Counted from the first letter of the stretch, positions 7,733 through 16,385 are shown. The stretch is DNA of 32,000 bases from Edaphobacter aggregans (GCF_003945235.1 NZ_RSDW01000001.1:5880001-5912000), one strand, 5' to 3'. Numbers and translations are program-made. Notes: generated by a model not told the origin, from the sequence alone.

Positions 7733-8702
7733 TGATTTGACCGGACGAAACTTCAGTTGGCTAGCGGAACAGTTTCTGGCGATGCTTGCGAATGAGCGTG
7801 GAGCCTCGGAGCATACTGTGCGGGCTTATGCGCGGGAGGTGCGGAGTTTTGCCGCTTATTTGCAGGAGACGATGGGTGAGGGTGCTGGGGTTGCGGGGGT
7901 GGAGCATCTGCATATTCGGGCTTATCTGGGGCTGCTGTATGAGCGTGGGTTGACGAAGGCTAGTGCTGCTCGGGCGCTGGCTGCGGTGCGGAGCTGGTTC
8001 AAGTGGCTGGCTAAGGAAGGGAAGGTGCAGCAGAATCCGGCGCTGCTGGTGAGCACACCGAAGCTGCCGAAGCATCTGCCTCGGGTGCCTAGTGTGGAAG
8101 AGGTGAATCGAGTTTTGAATTCGCTGGATGATAAGGGTTCGGCCAAGGAGGATAAGCAGGATGCGGTGGCCTGGCCTGAGCGGGATCGGGTGATTTTGGA
8201 GTTGTTGTATGGGTGTGGGATTCGCAATTCGGAGTTGGTGGGGCTGGATATGGGTAGCGTGAAGTGGCGGGATGATGCGGTGCTCGTGCGGGGTAAGGGG
8301 AAGAAGGAACGGCTGGTTCCGCTGGGGGATGAGGCTGCTGCTGCTTTGCGGGGTTATTTGCCGCTGCGGGAGGCGAAGCTTTTAGCCGCTGGTAAAGGGG
8401 CTTTGGTGTATGAGGGGCCGCTGGTGATGAATCTGCGAATGCGGGGAGATTGCCGGTTGACTACGCGGAGTGTGGGGCGGATTGTGAAGGCGATTGCGCT
8501 GTCGCGGGGGCTGGCGGCGGATGTGCATCCGCATACTCTGCGGCATGCTTTTGGGACGCATATGCTGGAGGAAGGGGCGGATTTGCGGGCGATTCAGGAG
8601 ATGCTGGGGCATGAGCGGCTGTCGACTACTCAGCGGTATACGCAGTTGACTGTGGGGCAGGTGCAGCGGGTTTATGACGAGACGCATCCTCGGGCGAAGT
8701 GA
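7725..8702 (+). CDS. xerC: Tyrosine recombinase XerC-like
   Basis: Supporting motifs are [48 protein letters not shown] and [16 protein letters not shown], with the tail [13 protein letters not shown]. The start is TTG at 7725, with an alternative TTG at 7737, so the start is uncertain. Confidence 0.8.
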   Translation: MHNDLTGRNFSWLAEQFLAMLANERGASEHTVRAYAREVRSFAAYLQETMGEGAGVAGVEHLHIRAYLGLLYERGLTKASAARALAAVRSWFKWLAKEGKVQQNPALLVSTPKLPKHLPRVPSVEEVNRVLNSLDDKGSAKEDKQDAVAWPERDRVILELLYGCGIRNSELVGLDMGSVKWRDDAVLVRGKGKKERLVPLGDEAAAALRGYLPLREAKLLAAGKGALVYEGPLVMNLRMRGDCRLTTRSVGRIVKAIALSRGLAADVHPHTLRHAFGTHMLEEGADLRAIQEMLGHERLSTTQRYTQLTVGQVQRVYDETHPRAK

Positions 8703-8817
8703 TTTTTTTGAGGATGATTTTTGTGGGATTTGCTGGAAAAATGGTGGGTTGCTGTGGTGTTTTGGTGGTTACTTAGCGGTAAAAAGTGTGGGAAGTGTGG
8801 TTTGTTGCGCGCCGATA

Positions 8818-10446
8818 TTAGTGGTTGGCGGAGGGTTTGCCGGCTACTTTGAAGGGGCGGATGAAGAAGAGGATGGGGACGGCGAGGAGGGTGATCCAGC
8901 CGATTAGGCGGAAGCAGTCCATGAAGGCTAAGAGTTGGGTCTGGTGGGAGAGCTGGTTGTAGTAGAAGAGGGTGGCGGCTCGGACGGAGTCGGCTTTGGA
9001 GTAGCCGTGTTGGGTGAGGTAGGCGGCGGTGTTGTGGATGGCTTCCTGAAGGGCTGCGGAGGAGTGGGTGAGATTGGCGCCCATGACGGATTGGTGGAAG
9101 CTTTGGCGGCGCTCGCTGAGGGTGGTGATGAAGGCGATGCCGAAGCTGCCGCCCCAGTTGCGGAAGAGGTTGGTGAGGCTGGAGGCTCGGTTGTTCTGGT
9201 CGGGGCGTAGTTGTGAGTAGGCGATGACACTCAAAGGGACGAAGAAGAAGGCGTAGCCGAGGCCCTGGAAGGCTCGTGCTGAGGCGAAGTGGGCGTAGTT
9301 GGTCTGGAGGTTGAAGCCGCTGTAATAGAACATCGACGCGGCGACGGTGACGACGCTGATGATGATAAGGATGCGCGGGTGGATGATGTTGCGCTGGACG
9401 AGCTGTGCGCCGACAGGGGCGAGGAGCGTGATGACGAAGGCTCCGGGCCCGAGGACGAGACCGGCGTCGATGGCGCGGTAGCCGTAGAGGGATTGCAGTA
9501 TCTGCGGGATCATCGTGGTGGTGGCGAAGAGGCCGAAGCCGAAGATGAAGTAGAAGGTGCAGGCGATGGCGAAGTTTCGGTCGGCGAGGAGGCGGAGGTC
9601 GATGATGGGGTCGTCGTGGCGAAGCTCCCAGAAGATGGCGATGGACCAGCAGATGATGGCGATGACGAACATCGAGGCGATGAAGGAGCTGCCGAACCAG
9701 TCGTCGATCTGGCCGCGGTCGAGGAGGATTTCGAGTGAGGCTGAGCCGAGAACGATGAGCGAGATGCCGATGTAGTCGATGCGGAGCTTGCCGCCGGTGC
9801 GGGCGGATTCGCGCTCGGCTTTGAAGGCTGGTGGGTCGTGGACGAAGCGCTGGGTAAGAAAGAGCGAGAGGATGCCGATCGGAATGTTGATGAGGAAGAC
9901 CCAGCGCCAGTTGTAGTTATCGGTGATCCAGCCGCCGAGGACGGGACCGATGGCGGGGGCGGTAACGATGGCTACGGTGTAGAGGGCGAAGGCAGAGGCT
10001 CGTTTGGCGGGCGGGAAGGTGTCGACGAGTATGGCTTGTTCTACAGGAGCGAGGCCGCCTCCACCGATGCCTTGCAGGACGCGGGCGAGCAGCATGATGT
10101 TGAGGCTGGGTGCGATGCCGCAGAAGAAGGATGTGATCGTGAAGAGGGTGACGCAGGCCATGTAGTAATTTTTTCGGCCGAAGACGCGAGAGAGCCATGC
10201 GCTCATGGGAAGGACGACGGCGTTGGCGACGAGGTAGGTGGTGAGGATCCAGGTGACCTCGTCGAAGCTGCGGCCTAGGCCTCCGGCGATATACGGGAGG
10301 GAGACGTTGGCGATGGAGGTGTCGAGCAGCTCCATGAAGGTGGCCAGGGTGACGTTGAGGGCGATGACCCAGGGGTTGATGGGTTTTCTTGCGGTTGCCC
10401 GCGGGAGCAGTTTGGTTTGGTCCGGGATGGCGATTGTGGTCGACAT
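8818..10446 (-). CDS. MFS transporter, DHA2 (EmrB/QacA, 14-TMS) drug-efflux family, copy 1
   Basis: Supporting motifs are LATFMELLDTSIANVSLPYIAGGLG, FGRKNYYM, LARVLQGIGGGGLAP and APAIGPVLGGWITDNYNWRWVFLINIP. At 542 aa its length fits a 14-TMS transporter. Confidence 0.9.
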   Translation of the reverse strand: MSTTIAIPDQTKLLPRATARKPINPWVIALNVTLATFMELLDTSIANVSLPYIAGGLGRSFDEVTWILTTYLVANAVVLPMSAWLSRVFGRKNYYMACVTLFTITSFFCGIAPSLNIMLLARVLQGIGGGGLAPVEQAILVDTFPPAKRASAFALYTVAIVTAPAIGPVLGGWITDNYNWRWVFLINIPIGILSLFLTQRFVHDPPAFKAERESARTGGKLRIDYIGISLIVLGSASLEILLDRGQIDDWFGSSFIASMFVIAIICWSIAIFWELRHDDPIIDLRLLADRNFAIACTFYFIFGFGLFATTTMIPQILQSLYGYRAIDAGLVLGPGAFVITLLAPVGAQLVQRNIIHPRILIIISVVTVAASMFYYSGFNLQTNYAHFASARAFQGLGYAFFFVPLSVIAYSQLRPDQNNRASSLTNLFRNWGGSFGIAFITTLSERRQSFHQSVMGANLTHSSAALQEAIHNTAAYLTQHGYSKADSVRAATLFYYNQLSHQTQLLAFMDCFRLIGWITLLAVPILFFIRPFKVAGKPSANH

Positions 10447-10457
10447 TTAGGGCGAAT

Positions 10458-10513
10458 GAAACCGCTTGGTCTCTTTTTGATGCTGGGGATTGGGAAAAGA
10501 ACCGTTTGGTCTC
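10458..10513 (-). promoter_or_regulatory. Two copies of the AACCG-N3-GGTCTC motif upstream of MFS copy 1 (candidate TetR operators)
   Basis: GAAACCGCTTGGTCTC lies at 10458-10473, 12 nt from the MFS start codon. GAACCGTTTGGTCTC lies at 10499-10513. A third copy is upstream of the tetR-family gene at 11351-11365. Each has an inner ACC..GGT dyad. Confidence 0.4.
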
Positions 10514-10566
10514 AATTTTTTCTGTGGAAGGTATTGGAGGAATTGCAAAGGCGAAGGCATCACCCC

Positions 10567-10714
10567 AGGGGCTAAAGCCTCTTTCTGCGCTGGCCTGATA
10601 GAGGGCCAAGGCTAAAGCCTTGCCTTACCTAGAGGCAAAGGCAAACAACAGCAAATATAGAGATTCTTCGCTTCGCTCAGAATGACGAACAAAACTAACA
10701 CCACGGCAAATGGC
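10567..10714. repeat. Intergenic hairpin and CAA/GCA-rich repeat element
   Basis: It contains two GGC-TAAA-GCC hairpins (AGGGGCTAAAGCCTCT at 10567-10582, CAAGGCTAAAGCCTTG near 10607-10622). These are followed by GCAAAGGCAAACAACAGCAAAT, the hairpin ATTCT-tcgcttcgctc-AGAAT, and GACGAACAAAAC. A related element lies at 16975-17157. Confidence 0.45.
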
Positions 10715-10720
10715 TGGAGT

Positions 10721-11332
10721 TTAGAGTTTTTTTGCTGTGCGGTGGGCAGGTTTGCGGACTTCTGTTTCGAGGTAGGTATCGAGGTGTTCGAGGGCTTGGT
10801 GGAGGGGTTCGTCGTTTTTCTCGATGCGGCGGATGAGGAGAGCGCCTTCGAGGACAGCGATGATGAGGTTGGAGACTTTGTTGATGTCGGTGGTGGGGCG
10901 GATGGTTCCGGCGGTGATGCCTTCTTTGAGGATCTTTCGGAGGTTAGTTTGCCATGTGTGGAGGGCTTTGCGGACGCGCTCGCGGAGGACGGGGTTGCCG
11001 TTGTCGGAGTCTACGGCTGTGTTGAGGAGGGGGCATCCGCCGGGGAGTCCGGAGCGGATGACGAAGTTGGCGATGTGCTGCTTGAGGCGGTCGACCTGGT
11101 TGGGGATGGAATCTAGCTTTTGAAATCGAGTGGAGATGGCGAGGTGCCAGGCATGGTCGAAAGCCTCGGCGGCTAGTTCTTCTTTGCTGTCGAAGTGGCG
11201 ATAGATGCCGCCCTTTTCGAGGCCGGTGGCGGCCATGATGTCCTGGATGGAACAGCCTTCGTAGCCGCGCTGGTTGAAGAGAGGAGCGGCTTCGGCGATG
11301 ATGCGGTCTCGGGTTTGCTGGCCTTTGGTCAT
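10721..11332 (-). CDS. TetR/AcrR-family transcriptional regulator
   Basis: The N-terminal HTH is TRDRIIAEAAPLFNQRGYEGCSIQDIMAATGLEKGGIYRHFDSKEEL. It is 203 aa and lies upstream of MFS copy 1 on the same strand. Confidence 0.9.
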   Translation of the reverse strand: MTKGQQTRDRIIAEAAPLFNQRGYEGCSIQDIMAATGLEKGGIYRHFDSKEELAAEAFDHAWHLAISTRFQKLDSIPNQVDRLKQHIANFVIRSGLPGGCPLLNTAVDSDNGNPVLRERVRKALHTWQTNLRKILKEGITAGTIRPTTDINKVSNLIIAVLEGALLIRRIEKNDEPLHQALEHLDTYLETEVRKPAHRTAKKL

Positions 11333-11350
11333 CGAACCTGCTGGGCGAAG

Positions 11351-11373
11351 GAACCGAACGGTCTCTAATAATA
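11351..11373 (-). promoter_or_regulatory. Candidate TetR operator plus a -10-like hexamer upstream of the tetR-family gene
   Basis: GAACCGAACGGTCTC lies at 11351-11365, 19 nt from the start codon. On the minus strand a TATTAT hexamer (11368-11373) sits 2 nt upstream of the motif. No convincing -35 was found. Confidence 0.35.
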
Positions 11374-11374
11374 G

Positions 11375-11490
11375 CAGGTATCAGGTATCAGGTATCAGGT
11401 ATCAGGTGTCAGGTGTCAGGTGTCAGGTATCAGGTATTAGGTGTCAGGTATTAGGTGTCAGGTATTAGGTGTCAGGTATTAGGTGTCAGG
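11375..11490. repeat. Heptanucleotide tandem repeat, 16.5 copies
   Basis: Read directly, the array is 4x CAGGTAT, 3x CAGGTGT, 1x CAGGTAT, 4x (CAGGTAT TAGGTGT), then a partial CAGG. There is no spacer sequence. Confidence 0.97.
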
Positions 11491-12426
11491 GGTGGTGGGG
11501 CAGGGGTGGCCTAGTTTTGTTAGGCGCTCGAGGATTGGGGTGGGTGGGTTGGAACGGCAGAGGGCTTCGTGGGCGTCTTTGGTGTTGTCGTCGTCGCTTT
11601 CGATCAGGGTTAGGAGCCAGTTGTAGGCTTCGTCCTGACGGGTGAGGGCGATGGCGGAGAGCAGGGCGGTGCGGAACCATGGGTCGCGGGACGTTGCGAA
11701 GGAGGCTTTGAGTGCGGTGAAGGCTTCCGGGGTGCGGGTTTCGGCTATGGCGATGGCGGCTTCGGCGGAGGCGTCGTCCTGGTGAGAGAGGAATCGCGCG
11801 GCCCATGGGATGGCGCTGGGGCCTTCGAGGTGGAGGACTCCGCTGTAACAGGCTCCGAGGAGTTCGGGTTCGTCGCTGGCTAGTTCGGCGCGGAGGCGGA
11901 GGAGGAGCATGGCGGAGTCAGAGCCGACTTGTTCGACGGCTCGGGCGGCGTTGACGCGGACGGGGAGTTCTTTGTCGGTGAAGAGTTCGGTGAGGAGGGA
12001 GAGCAGGCGGGTGCTGTTGAGGTCGCGGCATTGGACGAGGGCGAGGGCGCAGGTGCCGCGGAGATTTCCGGCGGTGTCGGAGGTGCCGCCCCAGACGGGT
12101 TCAAGTTGGATGTGGCGCATGCCTTGAAGGAAGAGCTCGTGCTCCTGGTATTCGAGCGAGGCCAGGGATTTGGCGATGGCGTTCTTAGCCCAGCACTGTG
12201 GGTCGGTCTTGATGGGGTTGTCGAGGAAACGGGCGAAGGCGGCGGCGAGGTCGGGAGTGAGCTCTGGCAGGGAGAGGTCGGCGGCTAGCTTCGCTGCGCG
12301 GGAGACGATGTAGTTGTTGCGATGCTGAAGGGCTTTGCGAAGGCTCGCAGTGGCGACGTCGGGTGTGGCGGATCGCAGGGATTCGAGGTCTGCGGCTTGT
12401 TGTTCGACGTCGCGTGCTGAGGCCAT
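11479..12426 (-). CDS. HEAT/armadillo-like repeat protein (hypothetical)
   Basis: The ATG at 12426 (MASARDVEQQ...) lies just downstream of the rhodanese stop codon. The track's 33-aa Arg/Pro-rich N-terminal extension overlaps the rhodanese gene and is unlikely to be real. The protein is Leu/Ala-rich with repeated helical pairs (VRVNAARAVEQVGSDSAMLLL, EAAIAIAETRTPEAF, RTALLSAIALTRQDEA). Its stop codon TAA is supplied by the last heptamer unit. Confidence 0.6.
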   Translation of the reverse strand: MASARDVEQQAADLESLRSATPDVATASLRKALQHRNNYIVSRAAKLAADLSLPELTPDLAAAFARFLDNPIKTDPQCWAKNAIAKSLASLEYQEHELFLQGMRHIQLEPVWGGTSDTAGNLRGTCALALVQCRDLNSTRLLSLLTELFTDKELPVRVNAARAVEQVGSDSAMLLLRLRAELASDEPELLGACYSGVLHLEGPSAIPWAARFLSHQDDASAEAAIAIAETRTPEAFTALKASFATSRDPWFRTALLSAIALTRQDEAYNWLLTLIESDDDNTKDAHEALCRSNPPTPILERLTKLGHPCPTTPDT

Positions 12427-12428
12427 GG

Positions 12429-12755
12429 TTAGTAGCGGGGGACGGTGGAGTCGATGCTGCGGGACCAGGCGTCGATGCCGCCGGCGAGGGATTGGGCGTG
12501 GTCGAAGCCCTGGTTGCGAAGCCACATGGTTACGCTGAGGGAGCGGGCTCCGTGATGGCAGAGGACGACGATGGGGGCGTCGGGGTCGAGCTCCTGGTGG
12601 GCACGGGAGGCAACTTCGCCCATGGGCATGAGGAGGGAGTTGGGGAGGTGGGCGGACTGGTACTCCCAGGGCTCGCGGACGTCCAACAGAAGAGGGGCGT
12701 TGGGTTGCTGGCGAAGTTGGGCGAAAGATTGTGGCGAGATTTCTGGCTCAAGCAT
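12429..12755 (-). CDS. Single-domain rhodanese-like sulfurtransferase
   Basis: Supporting motifs are LLLDVREPWEY, the active-site loop VVLCHHGARS, and LAGGIDAW. The ATG at 12755 gives 108 aa. The track start at 12788 is a TTG. Confidence 0.85.
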   Translation of the reverse strand: MLEPEISPQSFAQLRQQPNAPLLLDVREPWEYQSAHLPNSLLMPMGEVASRAHQELDPDAPIVVLCHHGARSLSVTMWLRNQGFDHAQSLAGGIDAWSRSIDSTVPRY

Positions 12756-12984
12756 GGGTTTAAGGATAGCGCAGAGAGGAAAGCTCAAGTGGGGGACTAG
12801 GAAGTAAGGGCAAGTAAGTTCACAATAGAGAGTGAAGATTTTATGCAGAGTAGGTTTGCCTGACGAGACTGGACGCGGTTTGGCGCTGAATTTATTTGGG
12901 TTATCCCCAATAACTGTGGTTAGATGGGCAGCATCTTACGGGGATATTACGCGATTTGCTGCGCTATGAGTCAGGAATGGAAGG

Positions 12985-14457
12985 GTGATTGCGTTGGAAA
13001 AGGTGTTGATCGTCGAAGATGAAGTTCACGCGCGAAGTGGCTTGACGGAGCTGATCGAGAGCTGGGGCTATCGTGCGGAGAGCGCGGCGGATGGGGTGGA
13101 GGGGCTGGAGCGCGCGGTCCAGTGGGGGCCGTCGATTGTGGTGACGGACCTGAAGATGCCGCGGATGGATGGGATGGAGCTGCTGGAGCGGATTGGGTGT
13201 CTGCCGCAGCGGATTGCCGTGGTGATGCTGACGGCGCAGGGATCGATTGATTCGGCTGTGGAAGCGATGCGGATGGGGGCGTATGACTACATCCCCAAGC
13301 CGGTGGATCCGGTGCGGCTGCGGACGATTCTGCAGAATGCGAGCCGGCAGCATGAGTTGGATGAGCAGGCCGAGGTCTCGCCAAAGGAGGTTCGGCAGTC
13401 GGCCGGAGTGGGAGCGCTGGTGGGCTCGTCGCCGCGGATGAAGGAGATATTTTCGCTGATTGAGCGGGTGGCTCCGTCGAATGTGAGCGTGCTGGTGACG
13501 GGCGAGAGTGGCACGGGCAAGGAGCTGGTGGCGCGGGCGCTGCACGATCTGAGCGGGCGGCGGGGGAAGCCGTTTGTTGCTGTGAACTGTGCGGCGATTC
13601 CGGAGACACTGATCGAGAGCGAGATCTTTGGGCATGAGAAGGGCGCATTTACGGGAGCTCTGGAACGTCGGGCGGGATGCTTTGAGCTGGCCGAGGAGGG
13701 GACACTGCTGCTCGACGAGATTGGCGAGATGCCGGCGGCGACTCAGGCCAAGCTGTTGAGGGTGCTGGAGGACAGGAAGCTGCGGCGGCTGGGTAGCAAG
13801 ATGGAGACTCCGGTGGATGTGCGGGTGGTCGCGGCGACGAATAAGGATCCGGAGCAGGCGGTGGCGAATGGCGATCTGCGCGGGGATCTTTATTACCGGC
13901 TGAATGTGTTCAATATCCAGATGCCGCCGTTGCGGGAACATGTTGAGGATGTGGCGAGGATCGCGGACAAGATGATCGCCGATATGAATGAGCGGCATGG
14001 GTGCACGGTTTCGGGGATGAAGGACATCCTGTTGAAGCGGCTGGAGGAGTACAAGTGGCCGGGAAATGTGCGTGAGCTGCGGAACACGATTGAACGGGCG
14101 GTGATTCTGGCGGGGTCGGGGTTGTTGGGGGTCGAACATCTGCCGCCACAGTTCGGGAGTCCGGGATTTGCTCCTCTAGTGAAGAAGAGCGGGCAGTATG
14201 CGGCGCGGGAGATTGCGGCTGCGATTGCGGAGGCGAATAGCTCGGGCGAGGTGAAGCGATATATCGAGGACCAGAACACCGTTCGGGTTGAGGTGGGGAC
14301 GACGGTGGATGAGGCCGAGCGGCAGCTTATTTTGAAGACGCTGTCGTCGACGCATAATAACAAGACGAAAGCCGCTGAGATACTGGGCATCAGCTCGAAG
14401 ACATTGCAGAATAAGTTGAAGGAATATCAGAACTCTGCTTCTTCGGCTACGGAGTAA
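12985..14457 (+). CDS. Sigma-54-dependent response regulator (NtrC family)
   Basis: It has a receiver domain (VLIVEDE...VVTDLKMPRMDG), an AAA+ domain (GESGTGKELVARALH, the GAFTGA loop in EKGAFTGA, WPGNVRELRN) and a C-terminal Fis-type HTH (NKTKAAEILGISSKTLQNKLKEY). Confidence 0.93.
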   Translation: MIALEKVLIVEDEVHARSGLTELIESWGYRAESAADGVEGLERAVQWGPSIVVTDLKMPRMDGMELLERIGCLPQRIAVVMLTAQGSIDSAVEAMRMGAYDYIPKPVDPVRLRTILQNASRQHELDEQAEVSPKEVRQSAGVGALVGSSPRMKEIFSLIERVAPSNVSVLVTGESGTGKELVARALHDLSGRRGKPFVAVNCAAIPETLIESEIFGHEKGAFTGALERRAGCFELAEEGTLLLDEIGEMPAATQAKLLRVLEDRKLRRLGSKMETPVDVRVVAATNKDPEQAVANGDLRGDLYYRLNVFNIQMPPLREHVEDVARIADKMIADMNERHGCTVSGMKDILLKRLEEYKWPGNVRELRNTIERAVILAGSGLLGVEHLPPQFGSPGFAPLVKKSGQYAAREIAAAIAEANSSGEVKRYIEDQNTVRVEVGTTVDEAERQLILKTLSSTHNNKTKAAEILGISSKTLQNKLKEYQNSASSATE

Positions 14458-14459
14458 CG

Positions 14460-16385
14460 ATGCGTCTGACGACCAAGCTTGTGCTGTCGGCAACAGGGCT
14501 GACGTTTGCCATCGTGTTTGTGCTGTCGTCGATGTTTGTTGGAGAGCTGCTGCGGCAGAGGATCGAACAGACGGCGGAGGCGAACGACGTATTGGCACGT
14601 GAGGTTGTGCTGATGACGCGGCAGGCGGTGGAGACTGGGCTGCGGGCGAATCCTCCGGCAGACATGACCGATGAGGCGCTTCATGCGGCGGTCACGGATG
14701 CGCTACGAAGTCATCAGCCGCTGGCCGACGTGATGAAGGGGATCATTCGCTACTCGAAGACAGTGCAAGATGTGAGCGTGACGGATGCGCATGGGTTGAC
14801 GCTGGTCAGTACGGACCCGGACGCGTTGAATCAGCAGGCGACCTACAGGATGAGCCTGGAGAGTGTGCGCGAAGGCAGCATTCTGTACCAGGCGCGGCAG
14901 GTGTTCGGTAAGCAGCGGCTTCTCGACATGTCGCAGCCCCTGGAGCGGAATGGGATGCCGTTTCTGGTGGTGCATCTGGGGATCCAGTCTACTTTTTTGC
15001 GGAGTACGTACGTACCGTGGTTGAAGAAGGCGATGTTTGTTGCGTTAGCGGCGGCGTTTCTGGCAATGGCGGCGGCTGCGCTGCTGGCGAATGTGGCGCT
15101 GCAGCCGATCGAACAGATCAGCAGACAACTGGAGCACCTGACGCTGAGGGCTGCGGGGCCACAGCCTCTGCCGGGACCGGATTCCGGAGCCCATGATGCT
15201 GTGGTGCGGGTGACGAAGACAATCGACCGGTTGGGCGAACAGATGCGCAGCAGGGAAGAGGGCTACACAGCACTGCAAGCCAACCTGGACCAGATGCTGG
15301 ATACGCTGAGGGACGGCGTGCTGTTGTTCACGGCGGATCAGCGGGCGGTGATGGTGTCCGATGCTGTGGCGTATTTTTTGAACGAGCCGGAAGGGGATCT
15401 GGTGGGTCGACGGCTGGAGGAGATATTTGAGCCAGAGACAGCGCTGGGTGCGGCAGTGCTGGAGGCTTTCGCTAGCGGCGAACCCGTGAGCGCGGAGGGC
15501 GTGACGCTAGAGGATGGACGGCAGGTGCAGATATCGCTGGACCGGATCGATGATGGACTAGGCGGGAGCGGCAATATGGGCACATTGCTGACGCTGCGGG
15601 ACGTCGAATCTATGATGCAACTGGGGCAGGAGCTTGAGATTGCGCGAAGACTGGCTGCGATTGGACGGCTGACAGCGGGTGTTGGGCATGAGGTCAAGAA
15701 TCCGATCAATGCAATGGTGGTGCATTTGGAGCTGTTGCGCGGTAAGCTGGCTGGTCGTGAGGGAGAGATGTTCAGCGGGGCCCAGCGCCATGTAGAGATT
15801 CTGTCTGGGGAGATGCAGAGACTGGATCGAGTTGTGCAGACGTTGGCCGACTTTTCTCGTCCAATGGAGTTAAAACTGAGAGAGCAAGATCTGCGGCAGG
15901 TCATTAGCAGCGTGGTCGAGCTGACCGCAGCCGAGATGCGGGAGAATGGTGTGCATGTAACTGCGCAAGGGCCGCCGGATCCCGTGATGGTGCGGGTGGA
16001 TCCGGAGCTGATTCGGCAAGCTTTGCTGAACCTGCTGTTGAACGGGATGCAGGCGATGTCAGAGGGCGGCCAGTTGTGGGTAAGGACGCATCGGGACCAT
16101 CAATTTGCTGTTGTGGAGGTTGTGGATGAAGGAAAGGGTATACCAGCGGAGTTATTACCGCGTATCTTCGAACTGTACTTCACGACCAAACCAAGGGGGA
16201 GCGGGATAGGGTTGGCGATGACCTATCGCATTCTGCAGATGCATGGCGGTGCGATGGATGTGCGCTCGAATGCCGATCCGGCGGCGGCTGACCGGGGTAC
16301 GACATTTACGCTGAGGCTGCCGTTGGCCTCTAGCGCTGCTGAGGTTCGAAAGGGCGTTGCGGCAGGAGCCGTACGCAAAGGGTAG
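14460..16385 (+). CDS. Sensor histidine kinase (TM-HAMP-PAS-HisKA-HATPase)
   Basis: An N-terminal TM segment and a second TM near MFVALAAAFLAMAAAALLA are present. The H-box is GVGHEVKNPINAM, the N-box is LLNLLLNGMQAM, G1 is VDEGKGIP and G2 is GSGIGLAM. It starts 2 nt after the regulator stop. Confidence 0.92.
   Translation: MRLTTKLVLSATGLTFAIVFVLSSMFVGELLRQRIEQTAEANDVLAREVVLMTRQAVETGLRANPPADMTDEALHAAVTDALRSHQPLADVMKGIIRYSKTVQDVSVTDAHGLTLVSTDPDALNQQATYRMSLESVREGSILYQARQVFGKQRLLDMSQPLERNGMPFLVVHLGIQSTFLRSTYVPWLKKAMFVALAAAFLAMAAAALLANVALQPIEQISRQLEHLTLRAAGPQPLPGPDSGAHDAVVRVTKTIDRLGEQMRSREEGYTALQANLDQMLDTLRDGVLLFTADQRAVMVSDAVAYFLNEPEGDLVGRRLEEIFEPETALGAAVLEAFASGEPVSAEGVTLEDGRQVQISLDRIDDGLGGSGNMGTLLTLRDVESMMQLGQELEIARRLAAIGRLTAGVGHEVKNPINAMVVHLELLRGKLAGREGEMFSGAQRHVEILSGEMQRLDRVVQTLADFSRPMELKLREQDLRQVISSVVELTAAEMRENGVHVTAQGPPDPVMVRVDPELIRQALLNLLLNGMQAMSEGGQLWVRTHRDHQFAVVEVVDEGKGIPAELLPRIFELYFTTKPRGSGIGLAMTYRILQMHGGAMDVRSNADPAAADRGTTFTLRLPLASSAAEVRKGVAAGAVRKG

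Noticed and set aside
6337-8817. A dif-like XerC/XerD recombination site near the xer genes
   Set aside because: I looked for a 28-bp site of the type GGTGCGCATAA-N6-TTATGTTAAAT and for its conserved XerD arm. Only trivial fragments were seen, such as GCATAATGATTTGACC at 7728, and nothing convincing.
11274-11468. A 64-aa ORF (…YQVSGIRYQVSGVRCQVSG…)
   Set aside because: It is simply the translation of the heptamer tandem repeat, with the 21-nt periodicity that produces, so it is not a gene.
11375-11490. A possible CRISPR array
   Set aside because: The unit is only 7 bp, there are no unique spacers, and no cas genes are present. It is a microsatellite-type tandem repeat.
12964-14139. 391-aa and 225-aa ORFs antisense to the NtrC-family gene
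   Set aside because: These are Arg/Pro/His-rich shadow frames, whereas the sense strand carries unmistakable receiver and AAA+ motifs.
14593-14610. A sigma-54-like TGGCACG...TTG element
   Set aside because: It lies inside the kinase coding region, and the -12 element is offset and reads TTGT instead of TTGC, so the spacing and sequence do not fit.
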